Virus record (IMG/VR): IMGVR_UViG_2636415832_000004 | Coordinates: 3,796-67,795 of that record | Direction: 5' to 3' (one strand) | Source of the DNA: a virus | Taxonomy: Duplodnaviria > Caudoviricetes | DNA: 64,000 nucleotides | Shown here: positions 39,796 to 50,302 of the stretch, piece after piece | Numbering within the stretch: position 1 is the stretch's first letter | Layout of the letters: each line of letters opens with the position of its first letter | Notes under the pieces: generated by a model | Databases searched by the model: none | What the model was told of the DNA's origin: nothing | The model's input: the letters and a program-made list of their open reading frames with translations, nothing else | Translations under genes and position numbers: made by a program

Positions 39796-41278
39796 TTAGT
39801 TCACCTTGTTTTTTCTGGAATGTGGTGTCGTAATTATCAAACATATCCATCTGCTTACGTTGTTCCGCTTCTCTACGCTGTAATTCAAGCTGCACATCTT
39901 TTACATACGGATGCTGTGCAATCTTTGTTTCTTCTGATAAATATGGAGATTTCTCCAATACTTCTACGACTTCTTTTTCATTGATCAGAATGTCACGGTT
40001 AAAAATAATATTAACCTGCTCCCCTTCAAAGTCCCCTTGACCTGTATTAGCTAGGTGAGCATTAATGAACCATAATAATTCTTCAAATGATGCTTGAAAT
40101 TCTGTTTCAATGCCGTTCGCATCTAGCTCAATATCACTATACATTGATTGGATGTTCATTTGATTAGGATTATTTGCCATGCGCTCATCTTTTGCGTCAT
40201 AGCCTCGACCATTTTCAATAAGCGCCTTTTTAAATAATGATAGGATCGCCTTATAATTGTCAGGGTTTACTTCAACAGTTAGTGTCTCTACACCGCCTTG
40301 GTTGTCCTTATTACGAACTACTTTAACAACACCATATTGTGCCAAATTACGCCTAAACTCTCCTAGATTTTGTCCTCCATAGTTGTACAGGACCAAAAGT
40401 GTATTTCGTGCATCTTCCTGCATGTTATTTTCAAAGTCACTTAGCATAACATTGATGCCATCTTGCAAGGATTTTACGCGCTTGATGAGCGGGATTTCTT
40501 TATTATTGAATTTGAACGGAATTAGCGGCGTTCGTTGCCAATTTAGCATGTAAATAGACTCTCCATCTCCTACCGTGATATACGAAGCGGTGTTCTTAGA
40601 GACATCTGAAACTAAACGTCCATTAAACCACTCATAATGTTCAATCCCATTTACACTATAGACTTCTGCTTTTTCTGTGATTACCTCTCTATCCCCTTCA
40701 TAAGCCTTCGTAGTGTATATCCTAATGGCAAAATCAATCATTGTTCGCTCTGAATCTTTCCAAAACGGAATGATTTCATGGGGAGGAAAACGTTTGACAG
40801 CAAACTCACCATTTTCATTGTAATACGGATACAACCAGCCAATGCCGCCATTTAAGGCGTCCTGTCCAACACCTCTTATTGTCCGGTGGAATCGTTTATT
40901 GAAGATGACTTGTAGCCTCTTAAGATACTCTTTATTTTCAGTTTCAATTGTTATAGGCTTACCAAGCTGATAATTTACCTTTTGATCTACAAGCTTCGCA
41001 TACTGATTATCTAGTATCTTGTTATTTGGCAAGTTTTTATTAACTTCCAAACGCCCACCCTCACCGATAACTAAACGCTCTCGCTTTAATATTTCTTGCT
41101 CACCTTCATAGTAAGCTGCACCTGTGAGCATCCACCTACGAATCTCCGACTTTTTAAACTTATTAATCTCGTTTTCTAGCCATTTTAGGTCCGTTATAAC
41201 ATTATGTGAACCTGCCGCTATATTCGCATTAATTACCTCTGTATCCGTTACCGCCCCTTGATATGGAAAATACCCCAC
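39776..41278 (-). CDS. Portal protein (SPP1-like)
   Basis: LVDQKVNY..GKP, PLIPFK.N. Confidence 0.9.
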   Translation of the reverse strand: MGYFPYQGAVTDTEVINANIAAGSHNVITDLKWLENEINKFKKSEIRRWMLTGAAYYEGEQEILKRERLVIGEGGRLEVNKNLPNNKILDNQYAKLVDQKVNYQLGKPITIETENKEYLKRLQVIFNKRFHRTIRGVGQDALNGGIGWLYPYYNENGEFAVKRFPPHEIIPFWKDSERTMIDFAIRIYTTKAYEGDREVITEKAEVYSVNGIEHYEWFNGRLVSDVSKNTASYITVGDGESIYMLNWQRTPLIPFKFNNKEIPLIKRVKSLQDGINVMLSDFENNMQEDARNTLLVLYNYGGQNLGEFRRNLAQYGVVKVVRNKDNQGGVETLTVEVNPDNYKAILSLFKKALIENGRGYDAKDERMANNPNQMNIQSMYSDIELDANGIETEFQASFEELLWFINAHLANTGQGDFEGEQVNIIFNRDILINEKEVVEVLEKSPYLSEETKIAQHPYVKDVQLELQRREAEQRKQMDMFDNYDTTFQKKQGELNDDETS

Positions 41279-41296
41279 TGTTTATTTCACCTCTTT

Positions 41297-42730
41297 CTAA
41301 TCAAAACTGAATGTATCTCCTACACCTACTTTTTCAGCAATCCCCGTAGTTGCATCAGGAGCATCGTCATGAGCATTTTTACCTTCACGTTGATACTCAG
41401 TCATTGCTTTGTAATACTCAGGCCATTTATCTTTCCAATTGATCGGGAAATAAATATGATTCATCACCCACGTTGAATTAGATAAAATACGCGCTATTTT
41501 GTTATTCGATTGATGAAATGGCTCAATGTATGTGTAATTGCTACCATACTCTTCCATTAAGATTTTCTCTACAGAACGCGCAAAACCACGCCCTCCACCG
41601 TTTGATTCGATGTAAGCATGGTTAACTTTGTTAGTGTATAGCATTTTAGCTGTAGCTGGCTCTGTTTCTTCCATAGGCGCTTTCGTAAATAAAACATCCA
41701 GCACGTACGCCTCATTATCAAATGTCTCACCATAGACGATGCCACAAAGGTAGTCATCCCCTGTATCTGCTGTATCTATATAACATTTAATTGCCTTAAA
41801 AGCAGGTAATTCACCATCATATGTCTTAAATGCCTTGTACAAACGCCCTTTAAGGTCTAATGGCCGTTGATAATAGTTAGCATTTAAAATAGCCTCATCC
41901 ATAAAGTCGACCAAGGCATCAAAGTTTTTCCTATTCAGCAATTCAGGACACAGCATATTCCCCTCTTCGTCCATAGCTGGCATCATCAGTACATACCATT
42001 CATCTGCCCTTTTGCTGTCTAAGATTCGACCACATATATCCTTCTTGCTCCACCTTGTCATATTGACAATTTTAATAGAGCGGTCTGTTTGCTCCTGCCG
42101 TGAAAGAAATGTGTCGGTGAACCATTGCCACTGTTTATCCAAAGCATTTTCGTTTTGAGCTTCAGCAGCATTTTTTATTGGGTCATCGACAATTAAAATA
42201 TTGCCACCTTTACCAGTGATAGACCCACCAAGTCCCGCTCCTTTATAACTAAAATGCTGTCCTTCGAGTGCCCATTGGCGATAGGATGAATCACCTTTTT
42301 TCACTTTCACTTTAGGGAATATATCACTGTAGACAATTTCATGCGGGTAAACCTTTTCTTCACTGATACCATCACGAGTATAACGACTAAACACTGTTGC
42401 TAAATCTTCATTGTATGAAGCGGTGATGATGCGATTGTCCTGCCTGTCGCCTAATCCCCACTCACAAAAATGAATAAGTGTACGCGACTTGCCGTGACGC
42501 GGTGGGATATTCATTATTAAATTTTCGTAGGGTACACCTTTACTATTTAATAATCTTCCTTCATACAAAGCTTGCAGGGTTTCACATATTACTTGTAAGT
42601 GATGCCGACCTTCTTTATAAAATTCTGGAGCTCTTGTTTTGCAATATTCCCAAAAGGATTGACGAGAAAGGTATTTTCGTTCCTCAATGAGCGCATCTAA
42701 TAGTTCAACCTCTGCTTGTTCCGCATTCAT
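41297..42730 (-). CDS. terL: Terminase large subunit
   Basis: PPRHGKS, IVDDPIKN, DTAD.G.D, HDDAPDA. Confidence 0.92.
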   Translation of the reverse strand: MNAEQAEVELLDALIEERKYLSRQSFWEYCKTRAPEFYKEGRHHLQVICETLQALYEGRLLNSKGVPYENLIMNIPPRHGKSRTLIHFCEWGLGDRQDNRIITASYNEDLATVFSRYTRDGISEEKVYPHEIVYSDIFPKVKVKKGDSSYRQWALEGQHFSYKGAGLGGSITGKGGNILIVDDPIKNAAEAQNENALDKQWQWFTDTFLSRQEQTDRSIKIVNMTRWSKKDICGRILDSKRADEWYVLMMPAMDEEGNMLCPELLNRKNFDALVDFMDEAILNANYYQRPLDLKGRLYKAFKTYDGELPAFKAIKCYIDTADTGDDYLCGIVYGETFDNEAYVLDVLFTKAPMEETEPATAKMLYTNKVNHAYIESNGGGRGFARSVEKILMEEYGSNYTYIEPFHQSNNKIARILSNSTWVMNHIYFPINWKDKWPEYYKAMTEYQREGKNAHDDAPDATTGIAEKVGVGDTFSFD

Positions 42731-43701
42731 TGTTTCGTCATTCCTTTCAACTTTTCTATCGCTTCTCGACGCTCCTCTGACGTCATATAGGCATATTTAT
42801 TTGTGTCATTTCCTACTGGTTGTTCGCGTTTTTGTTGCTCCATCTCTATTCGGCTAATTTCATTTTTATACTTCAACTGCTCTTCACGTAGTCGCTTTAG
42901 CTGCTTGTCACTTAATAAATCGGTGTACTTTGATAACATCGCAAGCGCGGCCATCTTATCAACAAGCTTAACAGAAACACCATCCTTACCTTTTTTGACT
43001 TCGCTAATAATTGTGCCATCTACTTCATCAGAATTCTTAAGGTGAACGTAAGTACGTTGATACGTCATTTCCTCACCCTGATAATTCAGAAGCGGCTTAC
43101 CTGTTTCATCTTTTACAATTTCCTCAACTGTACCAAAATCTGAATAGTCCGTAATATCGGCGAATGCTATGTCAATGTACTTTTGCAATACATCACGAGC
43201 ATCTAACATCACACTGTCGGCAAGCTGCTGTTTTAGTCGCATGATTTCTTCTTTTATACCTTCATTTACCATCAAACGATAAGCATTTCGATTGGCTGTT
43301 ATATAGTCGCATTGATAGGCTTTTTGGTAAGCCTTTGTAGCATTGAAATATTTAACATAGTACATACAAAAAAGCAACTGCTTATCGTTAAGACCGTCAC
43401 TCTCGATGATCTCAAATTGTACAGTTGCTTGCGATTCCGCTTCTGGCGTTGCTTTGCTCCGTTGCGTTCTTTTGGTTTTCTTTTTTGCGGAACGTTCCGT
43501 ATTTTTCACCTGCTTTGATTGGAACGTTCCATTCGATTCCGCTTCAAGACGATCATCCCACTTATCTTTATTTTTCCAGCCGCGCACGGTGCCTTCGGAT
43601 ACAGCTAGTTGCTCCGCTATATCCTTTAGCTTTATATCACCGTTATGAGCTTTATAAATATCATAGGCTTGGTCACGTCTTGGATCTCTTGCTCTAGCCA
43701 T
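42727..43701 (-). CDS. terS: Terminase small subunit
   Basis: HTH TVRGWKNKDKW, FNATKAY.KAY, DKMAAL. Confidence 0.88.
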   Translation of the reverse strand: MARARDPRRDQAYDIYKAHNGDIKLKDIAEQLAVSEGTVRGWKNKDKWDDRLEAESNGTFQSKQVKNTERSAKKKTKRTQRSKATPEAESQATVQFEIIESDGLNDKQLLFCMYYVKYFNATKAYQKAYQCDYITANRNAYRLMVNEGIKEEIMRLKQQLADSVMLDARDVLQKYIDIAFADITDYSDFGTVEEIVKDETGKPLLNYQGEEMTYQRTYVHLKNSDEVDGTIISEVKKGKDGVSVKLVDKMAALAMLSKYTDLLSDKQLKRLREEQLKYKNEISRIEMEQQKREQPVGNDTNKYAYMTSEERREAIEKLKGMTKQ

Positions 43702-43930
43702 CCTGCATACACCCACCTCCACCATCCCTTTTTAGTATTCGTTAGTTACATATCTTAGAAAGGTGCTGGATTACTAAAGTATCTTGAACATTTTAAAAAT
43801 TTGAAGTATAGATACTGTAAAAACTGATAAGTTAAGAAGTAAAAGTGGAATCTTTAATAATATATTTTTCCCGTTAAAGTTAGAAAGAAGAACAATTTTA
43901 AATACCCCTCTAAAAAAACCATATATAAGT

Positions 43931-45478
43931 GAATCAATTTCATAAATCGATTTTTTCAAGAGCTTAGACTGCTCCTGTGTCTGATTTTTGTTTTTTAAAA
44001 TTTAAGCTGCGTTGTTTTGTAGCTGTAAACGTACATTCATCCGATCGACTGCTAATTTGCAGGCATTATAAATAAACGTCACAAGGTTGAAGTGCAGTTT
44101 AGCTTTTCTACCGGTTTTGTGACGGACGTTGTTTAACTGAAAAAATTGCTTTAAATAAGCATTTACTCGTTCGACAGCTGTGCGTTCCTTGTAAAGTTTC
44201 TTCCATAGCTCGGAGCCACGTGCTGGAAACGTGTATTTGCGGATATCGGTTTCACACTTGATTTTAAACACCTTTTGACAGAGCGAGTCATCACGTAATG
44301 GACAGGTTGCGCAATCTTTTGGACGTGTGAACTTAAGCGTTTGATACTTTTCATCAAAGCTGTCGTAACAGTAGCTATGTTCACGCACACAGGTTGGACG
44401 GAAATGTTCATCAAAACCGATCATTTCGCCCTCACGTCTTTTCACATATGGAATCACAGCTTTCATCTCTTGTATTGAAATCTGGCGGTAAATTGCTTCA
44501 TAGTCATAACCTGCATCGAAAATAGCCGTTGTGAAATGGTTAGGCATGATATGGTTCATCTTTTTTAGTAACGGAATCGCCGCTTTACTATCACTCAGAT
44601 TGCCGGAAGACATTAGACGCGCCACGATATATTGGCTTTTTGTCGAAACAGCTAAATGCCCTTTAAAGCCGTACCAGAATGTGTTTTTACCATCGCTGTT
44701 TTTCTTGATGCCCCACTTTGGTTCAATGGGGATGTCTTGCCATAGAGTCGTCAATGGAATGGTTAATTGTGCTTCCAACTTCTTTTCAAAAGTCGTTTGA
44801 TTCGCTTCAAGTTCTGCTTGTTCAGCGAGCCAGGCAGCACGTTCTTCTTTTGATTTACGACCACGTTTTTTCGGTTGTGTTTCTTTTTTCTCTGCTGGTT
44901 TTGCGGCATCTCTCGCTTCAAAATGTGTTGCATCAAAACTAAGGTGTTCCTCTTCAAGAAAACCTTCTGTAAAGGCAGCTTGAATAAGTTCATCGTGCAT
45001 GCGATCTAAGACATCTGATTGACTAATCACGTCGACCATACGTGAATACGAGGCTTCAGATGGCACCGTGTCCGAAACTAAAAAGCCACAATCTAAGCGA
45101 AAGACGAAATCATGCGTTAATCGATTGACCAAATCTTTAACGGTAGGGATACGCTCGACAATGCGGATCATCAATGATTGAATCATCGCACCGTAGTTTA
45201 ATTCTCGTGGAGCACCACGCATCGTCTTCTTTCGAAATAGTTGAAAGATTGGCTGCACATCGAAAGTGGCTAAAATAGCATCAAAACGACGAGAACTTTC
45301 CATTTTCAATAATTCACGGATGTCAAATAGGCTCATTTGTTTTACAATAGTCATGAGGCATCATTCCTTTTCGGTGGGTTGTTTAGTCGCTACCATTATA
45401 CCGAATTTGGGGAGGTGCCTCATTTTTATTTAATTTTAGCCCTTGATATTAAAGGGATTAGAATTATGAAATTAACTC
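43931..45478 (-). mobile_element. Insertion sequence (IS1182/IS5-like)
   Basis: Imperfect terminal IRs GAATCAATTTCATAA / TTATGAAATTAACTC; 4-bp target duplication AAGT at 43927-43930 and 45479-45482. Confidence 0.88.
44002..45354 (-). CDS. DDE transposase
   Basis: DAT, WYGFKGH, DAGYD, Y..R..VER. Confidence 0.92.
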   Translation of the reverse strand: MTIVKQMSLFDIRELLKMESSRRFDAILATFDVQPIFQLFRKKTMRGAPRELNYGAMIQSLMIRIVERIPTVKDLVNRLTHDFVFRLDCGFLVSDTVPSEASYSRMVDVISQSDVLDRMHDELIQAAFTEGFLEEEHLSFDATHFEARDAAKPAEKKETQPKKRGRKSKEERAAWLAEQAELEANQTTFEKKLEAQLTIPLTTLWQDIPIEPKWGIKKNSDGKNTFWYGFKGHLAVSTKSQYIVARLMSSGNLSDSKAAIPLLKKMNHIMPNHFTTAIFDAGYDYEAIYRQISIQEMKAVIPYVKRREGEMIGFDEHFRPTCVREHSYCYDSFDEKYQTLKFTRPKDCATCPLRDDSLCQKVFKIKCETDIRKYTFPARGSELWKKLYKERTAVERVNAYLKQFFQLNNVRHKTGRKAKLHFNLVTFIYNACKLAVDRMNVRLQLQNNAA

Positions 45479-46021
45479 AAGTAGCAATAATAAAAAAATT
45501 ATTACCCAATTAACAAAACTATTTGAGAAAAAATAATGTAATAATACTACAATGATTCCCAAAAAAAACGCTACTCCCACATCTAATATTGCTGACTTTA
45601 ATGATTCCTTAAAAACCTTTGAAATTTCTAATAAAAAACCTACAATTCCAATGAATCCTAGCACAACACCAATAAGACTGGTAATAAACTCATTACCTAA
45701 AAATGTTGGATTCAAATACAATAATATTGAACAAATGAAGAAAGCCAATGCAAGTGATATTCCTTCTGCAATTTTTATTTTATCCTCCATGCTATATCCT
45801 CCTAACTATTTTTTACTCTTAATACGATAACTCATCTGAAAAGGATTCAAAATAAAGTAAAAAGTACTCCCGAAGGAGGGCACTTATATACTTAATTTTA
45901 TTCTGTTGCGATTTTGAAGATATTGCTGAAATTTAGGATGAAAAGAGACTACCAATTTAGTAGCCTCTGCATGGAGTAACTTAAAACGGCTATTCAAAGT
46001 GAGAGGAAAATTTATTTCTTA

Positions 46022-46537
46022 CTATATAGGCAAACGTACGTCAAGAGAGCTCTCTTCGGAAATATTTATACTTATTTTAATTTCCGCACGCTTCAAATAA
46101 CCTTGAATAGTACTTTTACCAATACCCAATATTTTTGCAGCTTTACTATAAGGCATACGTTCGGCGCGTATCATAATAAAAGCAGCACGTTCATTTTCGG
46201 TAAGCCCATTCAAGGCATTATTAATTTTATTTTTCATATTTGTCATCCTTACAATTTCATTTTCCCATGAATCATCATCACTTTCTTTCTCTTTCATCCA
46301 GTCGGGTACATAGCTCTCAGCATCTGTATATGAAATTAAGTCTTGCATAAGGCGATGGTCCATGACAAACGTATCTTGACGAGTTGCCGCACGGTACTCA
46401 GCTGGATCGTAACCCGTTTCCATCCACTTGATAGCTTCTAGCATGTCACGCTCCATACTTGGGCATCCGCCAGCCGCGCGTAACTCCTTTAATGATTGTT
46501 TATACTCTGCAATTAAATCTGGAAAGTACATGACCAT
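46022..46537 (-). CDS. Sigma70 region 4-type late transcription regulator
   Basis: ALNGLTENER...YSKAA.ILGI.KSTIQ; upstream of packaging genes. Confidence 0.75.
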   Translation of the reverse strand: MVMYFPDLIAEYKQSLKELRAAGGCPSMERDMLEAIKWMETGYDPAEYRAATRQDTFVMDHRLMQDLISYTDAESYVPDWMKEKESDDDSWENEIVRMTNMKNKINNALNGLTENERAAFIMIRAERMPYSKAAKILGIGKSTIQGYLKRAEIKISINISEESSLDVRLPI

Positions 46538-46633
46538 CTTCCTTTCTTGTTATGTAAAAATAAAAAGGACACCAATAGACCTGGCATGCTTGCCAAAATC
46601 TATTAGTGTCCATCGGTTTTTCCGTAAGGACGG

Positions 46634-46804
46634 TTATTTAGTTTGTTTAATGCGAATACGCTCAGCACGCTCGACGTCAAGCACCTGCCCTTTGTGCCAG
46701 ATGATGGTGTCTTGCCCATACTGTTTGGGCTTTAATGGTGTAACAATGCCGTCCTGTACGATATATACGCCGTTCTCTGCTGTATTAATTGTTGCCTTCT
46801 CCAT
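46634..46804 (-). CDS. Small XtrA/DUF3954-like protein
   Basis: Read manually: MEKATINTAENGVYIVQDG...YGQDTIIWHKGQV. Confidence 0.65.
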   Translation of the reverse strand: MEKATINTAENGVYIVQDGIVTPLKPKQYGQDTIIWHKGQVLDVERAERIRIKQTK

Positions 46805-46896
46805 AAGCTGCCCCCCTATGTGTTATAATAAATTTGCATTTGCATAAGGGAACTTATGTTTCACCGTAACAAGCGCCAACTTGCTACGGTGATTTT

Positions 46897-47617
46897 TTAA
46901 TATAGTTCTCCACTATCGACAACTTCACTGCATTGGTAGCAGTACACTATTTCATATGTGTTGGATACTTCGTCAGTTTTATCTACAATCTCCCCGTTCA
47001 TGGCACTTTCCTCATTACAAATGAGTTGTTTAGCTAATAAGGATACTTCGTTATAAAACAAGTGGTCATTTCCACATTTCTCGCACTTATATTTCATTAT
47101 TGTTCACCCTTTCTTTTGACATTGTGGTGTCGGCTCTATATCATTAAGACAACCGTAATAGATGCTGTCTAATGCGTTTTTATTGTTGACTATTTTAACG
47201 TTGCATACCTGATGTAAATATATTCCTATATTTTGATCCATTACTGTAATAAATACTGCTGTCTCACCTTTATTAATCCCACCTGCACAGCCAAAGCATT
47301 CGCGGATCTCATGAGTTGTCACAAGTCGTGCTTGTTCAATTTTTAACATTTGTTGACTCCTCCGTTACCTCCACCCAGTCAAAATGATTCATCATGTGCG
47401 TATAGCCTGCATTACAAATCGCATCTTCACCAAACTTTTCAAAAATAGCTTTCTCCCAATTTCGCATCCAATTTTCAGCGTTTTCTTTGTTGTAGACGAT
47501 ATTCGCTTGACTTAAATCATCTGTAAGCCCCTCATCATCGTCATTGCCTGTATAGTATTGAGGTACGTCTAAATCATTAAATTCATCTTTCAAACGCAAA
47601 ACCCAAGCGTCTTTCAT
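46897..47617 (-). CDS. Three small hypothetical proteins (46897-47097, 47104-47349, 47336-47617), two with Cys pairs
   Basis: Tightly packed ORFs in early operon. Confidence 0.55.
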
Positions 47618-47695
47618 TCAATTCACTCACTCTCTATGGTATAATTTCCGTAAAATACATAATGAGGTAAAACTATGGACATATTTTCATTGTTT

Positions 47696-48502
47696 CTAAA
47701 ACAACGTCTGTTGCCTACATCCATGTTCTGCAGCAACTGGATTAATATAGAGCACTTCTATTCTTGCAGCCCCACCTTCCGCTTTAGCCGACTTACACTC
47801 CTTATGCCAATCTTGCAACATGTCGCTATATAGCTCATTTTCATAGCCCGATAAAATAACCGGACCAGGATGGTTGTTTAACACTGTAAGTAATTCCTCG
47901 TGCTGCTCGTTTGTCATTTCATGTTTATAGCTGGTTGTTGTTCTTGTTGATAAGATGTAAGGCGGATCAGCATAGATTAAAACGTTCTGCCTCGAGTAAC
48001 GTTGGATTAATTCGACTGCAGGCTGGTTTTCAATTTGTACACCGATTAATCTTTCAGCGACGACAGCAATTTTTTCCGGAAAAGCTAGCCATTCTTTGCC
48101 TGGTAATGGGCCATTCATTTCAATCATTGAGCGCCATCCTGTACGGTGGCTTGTTTTACCTCCACGCCCTTGCCACAGACGGACGATTAAGCGTCTAGCT
48201 CGTTCCAGCTCGTCATCCGCAGCCGTATAACTGTTGTAATATTCCTCCCTTGCATGTGGTGTAAATTTAATTTGATGGGCCAATTCGTCTGGCCGCTCTC
48301 GACTAACCTGAAATAGATTAACAATTTCCCCATCTAAGTCATTGACAGTCTCCAGCTGGCTACGATTTTTTGAAAAAAGCACGGCTCCGGATCCAAAGAA
48401 AGGCTCTAAATATGTTTCATGATCTGGGAAGTGGCTGATTATCCAATCTGCTAAAGACCATTTGCTGCCTGGATAATGTAAAATGCGCGGTATGCTGCTC
48501 AT
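47696..48502 (-). CDS. DNA adenine methyltransferase (Dam-like)
   Basis: YPGSK, EPFFGSG, DPPY. Confidence 0.92.
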   Translation of the reverse strand: MSSIPRILHYPGSKWSLADWIISHFPDHETYLEPFFGSGAVLFSKNRSQLETVNDLDGEIVNLFQVSRERPDELAHQIKFTPHAREEYYNSYTAADDELERARRLIVRLWQGRGGKTSHRTGWRSMIEMNGPLPGKEWLAFPEKIAVVAERLIGVQIENQPAVELIQRYSRQNVLIYADPPYILSTRTTTSYKHEMTNEQHEELLTVLNNHPGPVILSGYENELYSDMLQDWHKECKSAKAEGGAARIEVLYINPVAAEHGCRQQTLF

Positions 48503-48948
48503 GGTGCAAGCGCCTCCCCATCCCATTCCCATAGACTAAGTTGCCCTTTTACTGGCACCGGCTCAGATAAAGGCTTTACACTATCAAGTTCCCATGCGTA
48601 GCGACCTTCCGAGTAGTCTCCGAATTTCATTTCTAACCCATTTATTACTCCGTCTACATTTTCCAAAACGGCTGCATCTTCGCAAAAATTTAATACCACT
48701 TTGTGACAATCAATTAACTCGGCTGTTGCAAGCACAACCCCTGTTGGTAATTGCTCATGAGATGTAATGCCATGTTGCTGCAATATGGCATTGATCCAAT
48801 AATCCTTACAAGCATCTTTATCTACTGCCTTTCCAGCATGGATTGCTAATGGCCCACGGTATTTCGTCTGCCAGCTACGTGTCTCAAACCTCTTCTCGCC
48901 CAAAGCAATCAATGAGGCCCACGGCTGTTTTATTGTGATGGCTTTCAT
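48499..48948 (-). CDS. ASCH domain protein
   Basis: QPWASLI..G.K..ETRSW...YRG.L.IHA. Confidence 0.9.
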   Translation of the reverse strand: MKAITIKQPWASLIALGEKRFETRSWQTKYRGPLAIHAGKAVDKDACKDYWINAILQQHGITSHEQLPTGVVLATAELIDCHKVVLNFCEDAAVLENVDGVINGLEMKFGDYSEGRYAWELDSVKPLSEPVPVKGQLSLWEWDGEALAP

Positions 48949-48986
48949 GTTAAGCTCCTTTCTGCTACGTATTTTTGACATTGTGC

Positions 48987-50222
48987 TTAATAAAGCTCTT
49001 TGGCAATGGCCGCTATCACATTGACAGTGACGCTGTTGCCAGCTTGCTTGTACAACTGGCTATCTGAATTGACTTCTGAAGCTCTATCGAATGCCCAATC
49101 AGGAAAACCTTGCAGTCGCCAACATTCGCGTGGAGTTAATTTTCTAATTTCACACCCTTGTATTAAATGATTATTTTGTTCCCAACTATTTTTGGTAAGA
49201 GTAGGAGCAATGTTAAAAGTATTACCTTTGTTAAATCCTCTACTTTCCTGTGCTGTTAGGGTAAACATTGGCTCCCCTGGTTCTTTTATTCTTCTTCCAT
49301 CCTGTCTTTTTTCTAATCGATCAGGAGTTAGGACTGGTTGAACAATTTTCAATCCTTCGCCTTTATTTGTTGTTAAAGTAGGTGATAAACCACCAATACC
49401 ATAAACTTGTCCATTAATACCGTTACCAGAAGGATTAACGTTCCCTGGCACCATTATCTTTGGTTCTTGCATTCCACCCTGCATTGTCGGAAGGGCTGGA
49501 CTTATTCCGTCAATACTATAAACTCTTTTGATGTATTCATCACCCTTTATTTCAAGGTTTCCGATTACATTTATTTCTCCTGTTTTCCCATTCGTTTCAA
49601 TATATGTGCCTTCACGTTGCGACTCTGGGTATCTGGCAGTAAGTGTTCCTGTCGTGATTCTGCTTTCATTAACCGGTCCAGATGCTTTTTTGATAGGAAA
49701 TACTTTTCTGGTACTTGCTCCTCTAAGATGTCCGATAATGAACACCCTTTCTCTGTTTTGAGGTACGTACTCTTTAGAGTTAATACAATCCCATTCTGCA
49801 TCATACCCGACTTCATCCAGCGTTCTGATGATTGTCTCGAACGTATCGCCCCCCTCGTGATTGAGGAGTCCTGTGACATTCTCAAGGAATAAATAGCGTG
49901 GTCTGAGAATAGATGCGAAGCGCATAATTTCAAAGAAGAGAGTTCCCCTAGTATCATTGAAACCTTTTCGCTTACCAGCAACTGAGAAAGCTTGACACGG
50001 AAATCCTCCACAGATAATGTCGATACTTCCGATTCCTCGAATAGCGTCATCTGAAACGTTTGCGATGTCATGAGCCGTCCACTCTCCTTTCGTGTCATGT
50101 ATTACTTCATAGCTTTTTCTTGCAAATTTATCTATTTCAACGTACCCTACGCATTCATGCCCTGCGGCTTCCATTCCTAGACGAAAACCGCCAATTCCCG
50201 CAAATAAATCTAAAAATCTCAT
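48987..50222 (-). CDS. DNA cytosine-5 methyltransferase
   Basis: FAGIGG, GFPCQ, ENV, QNRER, RLQGFP, GNSV. Confidence 0.95.
   Translation of the reverse strand: MRFLDLFAGIGGFRLGMEAAGHECVGYVEIDKFARKSYEVIHDTKGEWTAHDIANVSDDAIRGIGSIDIICGGFPCQAFSVAGKRKGFNDTRGTLFFEIMRFASILRPRYLFLENVTGLLNHEGGDTFETIIRTLDEVGYDAEWDCINSKEYVPQNRERVFIIGHLRGASTRKVFPIKKASGPVNESRITTGTLTARYPESQREGTYIETNGKTGEINVIGNLEIKGDEYIKRVYSIDGISPALPTMQGGMQEPKIMVPGNVNPSGNGINGQVYGIGGLSPTLTTNKGEGLKIVQPVLTPDRLEKRQDGRRIKEPGEPMFTLTAQESRGFNKGNTFNIAPTLTKNSWEQNNHLIQGCEIRKLTPRECWRLQGFPDWAFDRASEVNSDSQLYKQAGNSVTVNVIAAIAKELY
49571..50068 (-). CDS. Overlapping alternative-frame ORF inside the C5 methyltransferase
   Basis: SLSDILEEQVPEKYFLS motif; start uncertain. 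Confidence 0.55.
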   Translation of the reverse strand, partial: TSQTFQMTLFEESEVSTLSVEDFRVKLSQLLVSEKVSMILGELSSLKLCASHLFSDHAIYSLRMSQDSSITRGAIRSRQSSERWMKSGMMQNGIVLTLKSTYLKTEKGCSLSDILEEQVPEKYFLSKKHLDRLMKAESRQEHLLPDTQSRNVKAHILKRMGKQEK

Positions 50223-50302
50223 ATGTTTTCACCTCGCTTGCTACACAAAATTGGCATTGTGCTTAATACCCTAATTCATTTATTAATTCCGTTACTCAAT
50301 CC

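Larger units (their letters stand above)
43774..45790 (-). pseudogene. Membrane protein gene split by IS
   Basis: 45790-45479 and 43926-43774 rejoin in frame (...FLLLLL|IYGFFRG...) to 154 aa. Confidence 0.8.
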
